Source: Octopus bimaculoides (taxonomy: Eukaryota). From it: 64,000 bases of DNA. The notes beneath the pieces are model-generated. The model was not told the DNA's origin and ran no database searches. It worked only from the letters and a program-made list of their open reading frames with translations. The stretch is taken from contig NC_068981.1 of assembly GCF_001194135.2 (NCBI RefSeq), forward strand, positions 90,601,846 through 90,665,845. The letters are read 5' to 3'. Both the position numbers and the translations under genes were made by a program. The number at the start of each line of letters is the position of its first letter. Positions within the stretch are counted from its first letter, which is position 1. Below, one piece after another: positions 36,501-50,184 of the stretch.

Positions 36501-38089
36501 ACTCCAGTAATCTAAAAATTAGTGTCGACCAAAAACAAAATATCGTCTACAAAGAAGTTTTGTAATCATATTGATATTATCGAAAGGAATATGATTCATA
36601 ATTTAAATAAGGAAATTTGTGAACTTTGAAGGTGTAAGAGTATAAACAAACGTAAAACAGTGTAAATAACTAAAATAAAAGTATATCTAAATAACATCTT
36701 TTTCTTAATACTTTTTATGTTGTGGTCGACGAAAGCTCTGACTTTCGTTAGGAGTGGTCCATATAACCATTCATGATACAGAGGCTTGCAGCCTCTTTCA
36801 GTTTGGGAGTGAATCGTCATCATATGTTACTAAAGTCGCAAACTCATGTCATATAGCTACAATTGAATCCTGTATCACCAACAATAATGTGATTCCTCTA
36901 AGACATTATCCAGTAATCTATCAAGTCCATTTACACATTTCTCAATACATACTGGTGTTATGATTTCCCACTCTCATTTTATGCTTCCATCGTGGGTAGA
37001 TTTACTGGTGATAATAATAATAATAATAATAATAATGGTTACATGTAGTTTTTTATACGTTGTATTTCGGTTGAGATATAGACGGATTAAAATTCAAGTT
37101 AAGTGTGTAACGGTTATGTGCAGGTGTTCATACGTCACAAGAATGTAACGGAGCTATTGGTCATTTCTGAAGTCCGTGAAATATGGCAGAAGAAAATAAT
37201 AGTTGAAATGACTTTCATTTTACCGTTACAATATAAAAAAAACAAACAACTGGTATGAGTTGTTGTATAAAGATTAGTTGAAGATTTTTTTCCCCATTTC
37301 GTAGGTAGTTGTGTTCATCTTTTGTTGACTGCTTGGAGACGGAGGGGAAAATGTGAGAAAAAGATTTAGAGAATTTACCTTTTTGTTTTGACAAGTAGAG
37401 AGAAAGAGAGAGANNNNNNNNNNNNNNNNNNNNNNNNNNNNNNNNNNNNNNNNNNNNNNNNNNNNNNNNNNNNNNNNNNNNNNNNNNNNNNNNNNNNNNN
37501 NNNNNNNNNNNNNNNNNNNNNNNNNNNNNNNNNNNNNNNNNNNNNNNNNNNNNNNNNNNNNNNNNNNNNNNNNNNNNNNNNNNNNNNNNNNNNNNNNNNN
37601 NNNNNNNNNNNNNNNNNNNNNNNNNNNNNNNNNNNNNNNNNNNNNNNNNNNNNNNNNNNNNNNNNNNNNNNNNNNNNNNNNNNNNNNNNNNNNNNNNNNN
37701 NNNNNNNNNNNNNNNNNNNNNNNNNNNNNNNNNNNNNNNNNNNNNNNNNNNNNNNNNNNNNNNNNNNNNNNNNNNNNNNNNNNNNNNNNNNNNNNNNNNN
37801 NNNNNNNNNNNNNNNNNNNNNNNNNNNNNNNNNNNNNNNNNNNNNNNNNNNNNNNNNNNNNNNNNNNNNNNNNNNNNNNCATATTTATTTACAGTGGAAT
37901 TCAGTTCACGCTTGGAGGGAATTCGGTAGCTCGTCGCCCTCGGTTACTGAGACGCCTTCTGAATGATTTCCGTGCTTATTTGTGAAGCTCTGGTGCTGAC
38001 ATGTGAGAGAGCTCTGTTGGACGTCTTGGCTCGACGGAGGTCAGTCAACGAAGAGACTGAGAAAAGGCGCCAAAGCTGGGTGTCGAACT

Positions 38090-38150
38090 CTACGCATACG
38101 CATGAGACTCTTCCTGTATTCCTTCCGGAACTAGTCCCTGCGCATGCGTG
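38090..38150. promoter_or_regulatory. CpG-rich promoter-like site
   Basis: ETS-type CTTCCGGAAC (38122) and NRF1-type TGCGCATGCG (38139) at the edge of a CpG-rich non-repeat block (37900-38160). Confidence 0.5.
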
Positions 38151-38289
38151 GATAAAACTCCGGACATTGAACATATAACAGTCGTCTGCTATAAGTTGTC
38201 ACTACATATATATATATATCTATCACTGGTACCGATCAAACTATCGGATGTTGTTATACATCGTTAGACATATTACACTTTCGAATTCT

Positions 38290-38720
38290 CCCTTGATTGT
38301 GCTATTCTTTACCATCTTGGCCCAAATCGCTTTCCTGTCGCCGTGGAAGCCTTTTGAATGGCCTTTTGCGGTCTCTTGGATACCACTTGGCAACTGCAGA
38401 ACTTGTGCTTCCGGTAATCTGTGATCACATCATTCACTCGGCTCCCTTCTCGTATGATCTCACTTCGGATGTTTTCTTGTAGTAATATTCCTGGCATGAA
38501 TCTTTTTATAGCCCTTTGTGTCGTAGCCATTCGATATTCCTCTCGCTTCGTAGTAGCCCACGTCTCACTTGCTTATTAGAGCACAGAGAGGAAAGTGTTA
38601 TTGAAGAATCTGGCAGTATGGTCTTGTCCAGCTTTACTTTGAGCACATCTTTATTGAGGCAAACGCCTTTCATCCAGTTGTTATTGTCTTCGAGATTTCA
38701 GCATTCATGTCTCAGCACAT
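38290..38720 (-). mobile_element. RTE-like LINE C-terminal fragment
   Basis: ASETWATTKREEYRMATTQRAIKRFMPGILLQENIRSEIIREGSRVNDVI matches the RTE post-RT pattern. Confidence 0.7.
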
Positions 38721-40970
38721 ATTCACTGTGTACCTTAAGTATATATTATTCTGTATATCCTACTTAACGTGGATATACTGTTGAAAGCCATTTAGTTATA
38801 TAGTTGTAAAAAAGTACAGAAGTATATCAGTAGCATAATATCCAGCAGCGGCGGTGAAAGTGACGGACTCATATTTTTGCATATTTGCATGTCATCTACA
38901 GCAAACATCCACTGGTAACTACATGCTTAGACAAATTAAGCCTCTACAGGTATAGAAAAAACAGTGATTAACAAACTACTAAGGTAATGAGATGGAAAAA
39001 ATTACCGTGCAGTATTTTCCGCAGTTCTAACAAGTCTACTAACTCGTCGCTTACATGTAGAAAAATATTTGATTTTTGTTTATATAACATATTTCACATC
39101 TCCACCTTAATGCAGTCTTCGGCTCTTTGCTTCAGTCTTCTTTTCTCTTGCTTCGATGGACCTACACTTAGCTTTTTCTGCCTCAGGCTCATGACGTGAT
39201 TCTTTATTTGTGGTACAAAAAATTTTTTTAATGTATTTATGTATTTAGATCAGTGGGACATCTCTTTATAGAATTTTAGCGTGGGTTGTCGTTAATAAAA
39301 ATCGTCAACATTTTGATAATTGGACTGAATCATTGATCCAATAACCATGAAATACCTCTGTGCAGTAAATAACGACAACACACGTTCTGTGCGAATAACT
39401 TCACGTTCAAGGTTTTATTCAGACGCGTGACAGACGAACGCGTACAGTGGGTATACAATGTTCAATAAAGATTTCTGGGAAGAAGAAAGGTTTTTGAACA
39501 ACTTGCCATGTTCCATGATAACTTCGAGTAAACAGAAGTAAATAAAGCTACGATATTTTCTTTCCTCAGGCACTAGACGTAGAATACCATGACGAGCTAC
39601 TGGTAGGAAATCAGATATCGAATTCATGTGCCTGGCTCTCTCGTGGCCGCAGTGGACCTTGTCGCGTCTCGAAGAAACAGTTAGAGAAGAGAGGCCGATT
39701 TAAGCGGGAATGCACGCTTAAATATGCGATGTGCTACTAGCGACCTCCTGCGTGTTATTTTGAAGTTATATGTAGTAAATTAGCAAAGGGGGAGTTAGTT
39801 ATGTTCGCCTGGAATTTTCTGGAATATTCTAGATTGTTCGATCAGGAGAGATAACTGTCGTTGACTCCCAACGAATATTTTGTGGGCTTGCGAATCTGTT
39901 TCAATTAGCGTGTTTAGAAGGATTGTGCCTGCAGAGGTACATGTGTTTTTAAATTTCCATTTTTTTTTTCAACAGCTTCTAATATTTCGATTATTGCAGA
40001 GAATGTTTTTACATTTACTACTATACTTATTCTACATATTTCTAAATCCATATATATTGTTAGTTTCTCAAATTCTTTCTGGTTGTTACAGCCAGAAGGG
40101 ATAGATGTTTAACGGGAACCAGTATAACGTGTGTGTTGTCATTAATTTAATGTAAGTGCTTCTGTGACAGCGTGTACAAAGAAAGTAATACCGGAAGGCA
40201 GGGTTTATATAACATTAAATTCTATTTTTGTAGTGTAGCAAACACATGTATGAAGTAATAAGAATTCGGTTTTTTAGGTTGTGTTTGATATGTTAAACAA
40301 TTGGTGTAGCGTGACATGAATGAATTTCGCATGACTTAACGATGTATTTTGTTTGGGTGGATTATATGCCACAAAATGAAAATAGATATAAATGAAATGA
40401 GTTGCGCGGCATTGGTAGTGAACACTGTAATAGTCGTATAGTAGAAAGGGTGATGTTGGGGGCCTTCAAATCTACGACTAACCAAGCTGGTGTTGAACAT
40501 AGAAGATGAGCTGTATTGAAGAAAGCGATGTTACTTTCATGCCGTAAAATCCGCAACTGGTTTAGCTATTTGAAAAAGGTGCGTATACTGCAGGGCGGAA
40601 GTTGCCCCATATATCCTTCCTCAGCCAGCTCTAATAGGATGAAGTGGCCATAGCACGACTGTGCTATGCCACCACGACAAAATAGCTCTTTTCTGTCTCG
40701 CTACAGATGCATTGATAAATGTATTGGGTTATCCCAGAAGTAATGCCCGACTGAGAGAGAGAGAGAAAAACGGCATCGCGTCTGTTGAAGTTACTTATGA
40801 GATTTTCTGTGAATATTCAGTTCAGTTTCTCCAAGAACTTGGAACCATCTACCTGGCAAGAGCGGAGGCGTGTGAGTCATTCAACACTCTACGAATAATT
40901 GACCACCAAAATCGGCTTTTTATAGTGTACAAGGACATTCGAGAAAACCATATCACGCCACAGCCTCGCG

Positions 40971-41001
40971 CTGATTGGTCGATTTATAGACCAATCACGT
41001 G
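40971..41001. promoter_or_regulatory. Inverted CCAAT-box pair with overlapping E-box
   Basis: CTGATTGGTC-GATTTATA-GACCAATCACGTG. Confidence 0.4.
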
Positions 41002-41034
41002 AAACTATAGTGGTTCTTATTTTTTTAATTATTT

Positions 41035-41215
41035 TTTTTATTGCCCACAAGGGGCTAAACATAGAGGGGACAAACAAGGACAGACAAAGGAATTAAGTCG
41101 ATTACGTCGACCCCAGTGCGTAACTGGTACTTAATTTATCGACCCCGAAAGGATGAAAGGCAAAGTCGACCACGGCGGAATTTGAACTCAGAACGTAGCG
41201 GCAGACGAAATACTG
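41035..41215 (-). mobile_element. SINE family C, CpG-rich copy
   Basis: TTATTGCCCACAAGGGGCTAAAC...GAATTTGAACTCAGAACGTAGCGGCAGACG. Confidence 0.9.
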
Positions 41216-43092
41216 ATTACAACATATTACGAAGATAACAGAATCCTCTTAAAGGATTAATTCTTAAAACACATAAAGAAGTGGAAATTACCCTCATTAC
41301 ATTATTTTCTATCAAATCAAAATAACCTCGATAGTAAGAAGTTTGTAAATCGTAGATATTGATTATGTTAATGAATGAATTTTAAGAAGTTATGAAATTT
41401 AGAGATTTTATCTTCCTACCCAATATTCAGGCATTACTTATGGAATGAGCTGATGTATTCATCTCTAACTCTTGTATCTAAGAAATTGGCTCTGACTCCC
41501 CAATCACTTTACCCAAGTATAATACCGAGTAATGTTACTAAATAATTTTCAGTGATAGTTTTCAGAAATAGTTTGTATAATTTAATGTCTGTTTTGATTT
41601 GATCGTATTTATTACATATCCCCGTGAATGTCACTACCTATTTAATATTTCACGCCTATGTGAATATTTAAACTGCTTTGGACTATGTGGTCAATTGTTT
41701 ACTGGTGATTACTGCATAATTTGCTCTTAGTTTATGATATTTTACAGATAATTTCTGGTCGGTAAGCGTTTTTTTTATGGTTTAGTCACAGAAGGAAAAC
41801 AGAATTTATAATGCTTTTAGCAGAGTTTACGAAGCTAGAGGGGTCAAAGGAAGAATAGACCGCATCTCGCATATGGGTAACTGCAATAGGAATAAGAGCA
41901 TCAAAATATAGAATTATTTTTTCATCGGAAACCTACCTGGTCCAAAAGCTTGTATCAGTGTGGATGCTTAAGACACTCAAGTGTTGGGTAGTGGTTTTAA
42001 ACGAGAGGTTCTTAAACTTACATATACAAATCTATCCCTAGATATCTGAAACATTTTGCCCAAACGCCCTTATTGACGAAAAGATAAAACAGAATTTACA
42101 TCCATATAATACCTCTTTCTTCGCTATATTGTTGGATAAATTTAAAAATCATCTTAGTCTATTAAACGTGGTAATTTCTCCTCCTCTTCTTCAATCCTAT
42201 TAGACTTCCTCATCCTATGAGAAACACAGTGTTGGACTGAAGAACAAAAGAAACTCATCGAATGTTTTGCTTATTGATTTTCTCTCAGAAGGCTTAGACT
42301 GAACCGACGCTATGGTAGAGGACACCTGCCTAAGGGTGACACGCATGGGATTGAACCCAGAACTATGTCATTGCCAAGCGAACTTCATAACCGTGTGAAA
42401 CCTTTTGTTTCAGTTTTTATATCAGTACCGACGAACTATTTTTGAATTCTTTTGATATTTACCACACCTCTGTCATGTTTTGCGAGATACTGACCGTAAA
42501 GGGGGCTTATGCTTCCACCTCTTTATAAAAATATCTACAAGTCTTTGTTTTAATCCGTATTTTTCCCTTTGCTTTGTCAGCTGGTGTGTTTTTCTCATCC
42601 TGTATACTGTACATAATTGCCTCCTTATCAATAGAAAATAGTTTTTTTACTATCCACTTTTACCGCACACCCCAATTAATTTGAAGAATTTATCTTTATT
42701 TCTTATTTTATATTAGGTGGTGTTTATAAGTTCTATCAAAATATATTTGATAGCGACTCTTTATTTGTATGATTGTATCTTCTCTTCCTTGGATGCCTGG
42801 TAAATACAGACTGTCTATATCAGATTGAGGCTAGTGTACTCTAAATACTAGGCCCCACCCGAAATATTTACTAGTATTTTTTGCCTGCTACCTCAACTTT
42901 ATTAATGGGAAGACAAACCAGAGTTTACATTCATATAATTCGTGTATTTTTCGCCATGATCACGGGCCAGTTTAAAACCATCTAACTTTATTAAACATAA
43001 CAATTTGATCTCCCCCTTTCAGTGGAGTTGTTAGAATTTTTGCTGTCCAGAGCAGCCATTGAGTTTTCACCCCACTTCCTATACAAGTTTAT

Positions 43093-43451
43093 TGTTGGCA
43101 CCCCGTCGCTTACGACGTCGAGGGTTCCAGTTGATCCGATCAACGGAACAGCCTGCTCGTGAAATTAACGTGCAAGTGGATGAGCACTCCACAGACACGT
43201 GTACCCTCAACGTAGTTCTCGGGATATTCAGCGTGACACAGTGTGACAAGGCACAACAGAAACAGGAAGTAAGAATGAGAGAAAGTTGTTGTGGAAGAGT
43301 ACAGCATGGTTCGCCACTATCCCCTGCCGGAGCCTCGTGGAGCTTTAGGTGTTTACGCTCAATAAACACTCACAATGCCCGGTCTGGGAATCGAAACCGC
43401 GATCCTATAACCGCGAGTCCACTGCCCTAACCACTGGGCCATTGCGCCTCC
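43093..43451 (-). mobile_element. SINE family A, full length
   Basis: Reverse complement of family A. Confidence 0.9.
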
Positions 43452-43722
43452 ACAATACAAGCTTATACAGTAGACACAAAAACTTCGCCAAGGAAAGACA
43501 GCCCTATCCGAGCTGCGGTGCTAGTCTCTTTCAATTCTTACAGCCCTAGCGTGTGAGAAACATTACTATAAACTATGCCATAAGTTTCTTTTATTTTTTC
43601 CTTTTTTTCTTTTAATTCAATTAATATTCAATATATTATAATAGAAATATTAAGACTTACTTAGATAGTTTGGCTGGTTATGTTTTTATTTATTTCTAGG
43701 TTTACTTCTGTTTCTTATAAAT

Positions 43723-43982
43723 CAGTGGTTCTCAACAATTTTTCTTCCTATGGATCCCTTTGCTTCCTATTTTACTCTACTGGACCTCCATATCCCTACG
43801 ATGTATATAAAATAATCAATCCTATTATATATTCATAATTAAATATTATAAAGAATTGTATAAAAAAAGTTAAAATATTTTGTGTATAGTAGAAGTATGA
43901 ACAATTTATTGCAGATAATTTTTAACAGCAAAATCTCGTATAGACATCTAAAGGCCGTATGGATCCCGGTAAAGAACCACAG
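43723..43982. mobile_element. hAT (Charlie-like) MITE
   Basis: Ends CAGTGGTTCTCAAC and AAAGAACCACAG; perfect 8-bp TSD TTATAAAT. Confidence 0.85.
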
Positions 43983-45610
43983 TTATAAATAATCCGAATT
44001 TCTTACAAATTTTATTTTTCTCCCTTCTTATAATTTTGTCCTTAACTTATTGTATAACGTATTTCCAGATACACTATGCCAGAAAATAAAACAGGATGGT
44101 CAGGACTGGAATGTTGTTGATCATAGGTCTGTTCAGTTAAGGAAAACATAGGGCTAAGTTGTAATAACAGTAATAACAATTGCTCATGAGCTAATGTGAA
44201 AGCTTTTATGTCACCGCTCGACAAATGGCAGCCAAATATCGGATCTAGTTCAAAACGGGGGCGCCAGTTTTCATTTATGTTTTATGTAGTGTTTTTGGTA
44301 CCGAAAGACTTTCAAACTTCGTATACTTATCTATTTTGTGTTATAGAACAGAAAAAAATTTTTGTATTCGAAGTTATTTCATATAAAAAATTGTCTTATT
44401 TCGATAATTTCAACCAATCACTGACAAGTATTCAGCTGTTTATAGTTACTCCTTTGGCAGTTTAAGCGGTTCCTTTGGCAGTTTAAGCGGTGTAAAGTGT
44501 ATTTAATCTCCATTACTTCTGACATTTTGCAGAGAGGCAACGCACGTGTGTTCGTTTTCCTTCGTTTTATTTTTAATATAATTTCGTTNNNNNNNNNNNN
44601 NNNNNNNNNNNNNNNCCAGGCCTTGTGCCTATAATAGAAAGGTTTATTAGCTACTGCCAATATGCTTCAGCCATTTTTTGACAAGGAAATAATAATTTTA
44701 TCACCGCCAGAATCGTTTGAGAATCGTTTGTTTACGTAGTCAGCACTTACTGTATTCGGCTGAATGGACGTCAGTCATTGGTTGAAATTACAGAAATACG
44801 ACAACTTTAACATGAAATAAGTTGCAATATAATAATTTTTGTTAAGAAGACTAAGAGAAAAAGATGTTTTATATGACACATTCTACCAGTGTCCCAAGTT
44901 TCAAAGTGTTTCGTTAAGAAAATACTGGTGCCCCTGTTTTGAACTAGATCCCAAATATCTCTCACATTACTGAATCTTTAAAAACAAAAGAGCACGCTGG
45001 ATAGCGTAGTCCATGGTACCTAACATTTAGAAAAAGAAGACGGAATGGTGATAACTGGATTATATTCGATTAAAGATCTTCCTAGTCTGGGTTTATCTGG
45101 ATCTAAGCAACAACATCTCGATTTCTTGTGACAGTCAAGTATTACTTGTGACTAAACAAGTGACATTTTTGACTAAGTAACCAATCAGGATTTGAATCTA
45201 TGTCTTAAAGCCCACATATATAAGGCAACATCAGCACATTCAAACTAGTGAAACAAACGATTAACAATTCTGTTTCGCACAACACAACAGAGCATGTAAA
45301 AGTTTCTTTTTCGTATACTTTAAAATCTTCCCGTCTAATTGCTAATGTTGTTTATTGCTATGAAACTTATTGAACTTTCAAATTATTATCATGATGCAAT
45401 GAAAATTTATCGAACATTTGAACTTCTATCATTTCTTATTGCTGTGAAACTTTTTGAACACTTTAATTTTCATATGTAATTTTGCTTAGAAACCTATTGA
45501 ACCTATTGAATTTATGAGCGTTTTATTGCTATGTAAATTTTTCTTGTGAATTCTCTTTCTTTAAAGCTTTCACCTTACCTTTTTTATTATTTATTTACTA
45601 AAACACACAC

Positions 45611-45680
<70 letters not shown>

Positions 45681-45699
45681 ACTATGTTAGGACTGGAAT

Positions 45700-45840
45700 G
45701 GCAATTAAAAAAAGGAGACCGATGGATGAAAAGAATATTGGTGGGTCCAAAGAGTAAAAGTTGTAATCAAGTTCAAATATAACCGACTTTATCTGGTCTG
45801 GGAATGCAAAAGAAAAAATATCTACTATGGAAATCAACTC
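45700..45840 (+). mobile_element. Possible L1/Tx1-like LINE scrap
   Basis: Frame NITDFIWSGNAKE resembles the post-RT motif of L1/Tx1; little else is recognisable. Confidence 0.3.
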
Positions 45841-46290
45841 CCATTTGATGTCAAAGTTGTACGAAAAATATAAGAGAAAGCAGACATCTATGGATCACTG
45901 ATGATGAGTCAACAAATCTAGTACATTGCTTGTGAATATACTTTCATCTATATACTTATTGTAGGAATTTGAACCCCATACACGAAATTACCCGTCGCTG
46001 TCATGAATGAACGGTACCATTTTCATATGAACAACCAAATTATCGACAAATCAGCTTGAATCCATGTTGTGAACATCATCTCGAATGTTCATGAAGTTCG
46101 GACTGTTTTTCACTAGTAAAGGAGTTTGGCGCCTAAATCATCGCAGAGCGCTGTTGCCAGCTGAATGATTCACACATGCCTCACCTCTTACCAGTCAGAG
46201 ATTTCGAGACCACTACAGAGAACATATATCTCACCTCTCGCCATAAACTAGAGCAGGGCAGAACTCTGTTGGAATTTCAAGCTGGACATA

Positions 46291-46502
46291 CGAAGGAGTA
46301 CTGAAAAGTTCTTGGCTTTAAGGATATCGCGGAAGGCCTGGTTGGAGGCCCAACCTTCCGAGTTCTTTTTACAGGGCTTAGAAAAACTGAAGGATAGCTG
46401 CAACAAGTGTGTGAATCTGAGAGGGGAATATGTTTAAATCAATTATCTGGTCCTCCTGTACTTTCTTTTACCCAAAGTCAGGAACTTTCCAGCACCCTCT
46501 CG
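46291..46502 (+). mobile_element. mariner-derived MITE
   Basis: TIRs CGAAGGAGTACTGAAAAGTTCTTGGCTTT and AAAGTCAGGAACTTTCCAGCACCCTCTCG; TA TSDs; retains the transposase tail LEKLKDSCNKCVNLRGEYV*. Confidence 0.85.
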
Positions 46503-46989
46503 TATCTCGTTTCTCACCAAGCAAATCAAGAAAATATTTCAGGCTTTGGTGGATTCATATCTTTTTATCTCTCATTTTCCTGATAACTAATGGCCGAACA
46601 AATACAGTTAAGTTAATCCTTGCATTCTAGTCTTGTTACCAGTGAGGATTTGATAATTAATGCGTGTATAAGCTTTTAGCCTTTTTTTTATACACAGTAT
46701 TCCTATGTTTTCAGCTATGGAAATTACAATTTTGCTAAAATAAGTAGATGGATAGAATAAACAAATGATGGGGCTTTTTTGGCATTCTACCTAGACGGAA
46801 TGTGGAATAGACGAAAACCAAAATAATGCCATATATCTAATAAACATGTGAACAAGCCACAACGCTTGCTAGTTGATCCCTCAACTCATAACAACCGAGG
46901 ACACTGTGGCTTATCGACAGTATATTTACAAAGGGAGACTAAATATCTGTTCAATGAACACATTGTATACTGTCTAATATTCGTGTTTA

Positions 46990-47420
46990 TAAAATCGTTT
47001 TGTTGGTACTTTCATTAATCAATCTCGTCCGTCAGACTCCTACCATGTAAATAGCATAATACAAATGGCTATTTGTTTACATTTTTGATAAGGTGATTTA
47101 TTCTTCAAAACTTCGGATGGTGCAAGCTGAGGTGAACGGCCTTGATAAGTTATAAAAAAATGGAATTAACACGAAACCCATGACTGTCGATTCGTTCATT
47201 CTTATCTACCGAACACACTGTGGCTTGTTTGCGATATTTCTTTCCTCAGCGAGACTATTTTTTTTTATTAAACATATTATACATAATTTTGTATGTACAT
47301 TTATTGAAAACAACGTTGTATTGCTGCTATTGTTAGCATATTGTTTATACAAGGCTTCTAGATGTATTTTCTCAGTCAGATCGGGAATAAAATACACAGC
47401 TTTCCGTCACGACTAAGAGA
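46990..47420 (-). mobile_element. Possible Sola-like transposase remnant
   Basis: YFIPDLTEKIHLEALYKQY and SLHHPK weakly resemble Sola motifs; heavily decayed. Confidence 0.25.
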
Positions 47421-48324
47421 GAAAATAGTACTTTAATCACACAGAATTTGTAAACGACACTGAGGCGAGGGGAAATTGAGTATTGTAATTTAAGACAAAA
47501 TTTCTGTAGAAATGGCTGTAACTACTGACTACTCTGCGAGGCAATATAAGAGTTCTACTTCCTAAATGTCTTAAGAAATGTCTAAAAACAGTTATCAAAA
47601 GAAGAGACATAAATTCACGTTTGCCAATCGGTAGGTGTGAATTTACGAAATTGGTATCTTCATGTGATTGAAGAATAAATATACTCTCTTAAAAGCTGTT
47701 TTTATAGCTGCATATTCAACTTGGAATGATCGAAGAAGACATGCCACGGTACCTGAATATGTATGTAAAAATTAGCCCAAATGTTGAACTTTTAACATAG
47801 ACTTTCTGTACGTGTCATATTACGCTGTTCTATCTGGATGTTTCCAATAACTGCACTGCTTGAACACCTTTCCTAATAATGTAAGAAATATATTATGTTC
47901 CATCACATGAAGAAACCTCTTTTGTTACACTATCAAGACAATGCTTGAAAGTGTGGTATTATTTCGCATCGATGTTCATGGTGTTAGATTTATTATGAAA
48001 TGCGATATTTCAATAAGGATTATCAACTCTCCACGACTCAAGCTAAAGTGAAATAAATTTGTTAAGCTTGTACCCTGTAACATGTGCAATATCTAAATTT
48101 CGTTGTAACCTAAATAAATAGATTTAGGACCTTTTCTGTTTGCTTTTCCCTTTTAAACTCCTTCGATTTTGTTCCATTTGATTACAAATTTGGTGTATTG
48201 ATGTAGTTTTGTATGCTAATTATGGAAATGAAATTCATTTTCGCCACAAATTAATAAGCAGTTAATATCTTTTGAAGTTTACAAATTTTGGGTAATTTTT
48301 GCCAGTCGAACGTCACAGATGCTT

Positions 48325-48338
48325 GTTTCCATAGTAAC
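48325..48338. promoter_or_regulatory. RFX X-box
   Basis: GTTTCCATAGTAAC fits the GTTNCCATRGNAAC consensus; lies between two copies of an about 52-bp direct repeat. Confidence 0.5.
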
Positions 48339-49221
48339 AAGCCAAGCTGTTCTGTAACCTGTGTAGCTCTCGTGAACCGCAGCATTGAGTTTATTAACTC
48401 GAAAAATGGTACCTACACGGGCCTCTGAAAAGCGAAGTAATAAACGACACTGTGACACTCACTGTTCTACGGTTGACTCGTGTATGGAAATGAAATTCAT
48501 TTTCGCCACAAATGAATAAATAAGCAGTTAATATCTTTCAATATCTCTGCAAGTTTATGTGGTGCAGGAAATACGAAAATTGTAATTCATTTAAGAAAAT
48601 CCTAGAGTGCATCGTAAACTTTCGTTTTTGAATTTTCGATTTTCATGTATTCGTGAACTGAACTACAGTTTTTTTTTCATAATTTAACGTTTTCGCTGCA
48701 AAATATGTTGTTTACTCTTTCCTGGTCACTTTTTGCATTATACGTTTATTAAATGCTTAAAACTTAGAACTTCCATCGTTGAATGTTTTCTCGTCGCAAC
48801 GAATGTTTTGTCGTAATTTTATCATGAGTGTTTTGTCGTCGTAACGTTGTCGTCACGTACAAAATGACAGCTTCCAAATCCAAGGTAAAAATAATCATAC
48901 TTTCAGCCTCTGACTTTTTAAGATAATTTTCTGGAACAAATGAATAACGTCGTCAGATTCAGCGAGAAAAATTACACCACGTTCCCGTAACTTAGCGGTT
49001 CGGCAAAAGAGACCGATAGAATAAGTACTAGGCATCCCGCTTAGTCTTAAAATTTCAAATCGTGAAAGCAAACAGAAAAGATTCTATATTTATAAATGCA
49101 TTGACTTCTCTCAACTTTATTCATTCCTTCTGAACCGCTCAAAATATCTATGTAACTGAAGTTACCCACCAAATGTATCAAATATTTCACTTGCAACGTC
49201 TATGAATTAGATATAGTCCGC

Positions 49222-49575
49222 ATATAGGCGAAGGAGTGACTGTGTGGTAAGTAGCTTGCTTATCAACTACATGGTTCCGGGTTCAGTCCCATTGTGAGTG
49301 GATTTAGTAGACGGAAACTGAAAGAAGCCCGTAGTATATATGTATATATTTGTGTGTGTGTGTGTGTTTGTGTGTCTGTGTTTGTCCCCCTAGCATTGCT
49401 TGACAACCGATGCTGGTGTGTTTATGTCCCCGTCACTTAGCGGTTCGGCAAAAGTGACCGATAGAATAAGTACTAGGCTTCCAAAGAATAAGTCCTGGGG
49501 TCGATTTGCTCGACTAAAGGCGGTGCTCCAGCATGGCCACAGTCAAATGACAGAAACAAGTAAAAAGAGAGTAAA
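49222..49575 (+). mobile_element. SINE family B with short internal deletion
   Basis: Head GGCGAAGGAGTGACTGTGTGGTAAG and complete tail. Confidence 0.9.
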
Positions 49576-49871
49576 GAGAGTATATACATTTTTGATCTTG
49601 AATATTCTCGGGTTATGTAGGTACATTAATAGATATCTATAAACAATTTGGCTTTTCTTTTTCCCTGCACGTATTGCCTTTATTCCCTTCATCTTTTCTC
49701 ACAAGTGTTGCAACACGGCTTTCTTCTGCTTGACTTAACACTCATTTCTATGTTTTCTCAAGCGTCCAATAACACTGTACTTATTCCACGTCCTCGCGTT
49801 GTTTTTTTCGTATTTTTTCGTGTTTTTTCTTACTTATTCATGTTTGAATTGAGTATATATATATACATACT

Positions 49872-50184
49872 GTGGCGGCGCGTGGCTTAGTGGTTAGGGT
49901 GTCAGCATCATGATCGTAAGATTGTGGTTTCGAATCTTGGACCGGGCGACGCATTGTGTTCTTGAGCAAGACACTTCATTTCACGTTGCTCCAAAAATTG
50001 TGCCTGTAATTCAAAGGGTCAGCCTTGTCACACTGTGTCACGCTGAATATCCCTGAGAACTACGTTAAGGGTACACGTGTCTGTGGAGTGCTCAGCCACT
50101 TGCACGTTAATTTCACGAGCAGGCTGTTCCGTTGATCGGATCAACTGGAACCCTCGTCATCGTAAGCAACGGAGTGCCAACAAT
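49872..50184 (+). mobile_element. SINE with A2 head and family A tail
   Basis: GGCGCGTGGCTTAGTGGTTAGGG head joined to the family A 3' part (GTCACACTGTGTCACGCTGAAT...CGGAGTGCCAAC). Confidence 0.85.

Noticed and set aside
40661-41002. 113-aa ORF
   Set aside because: No recognisable domain, contains a GA microsatellite and overlaps promoter-like motifs.
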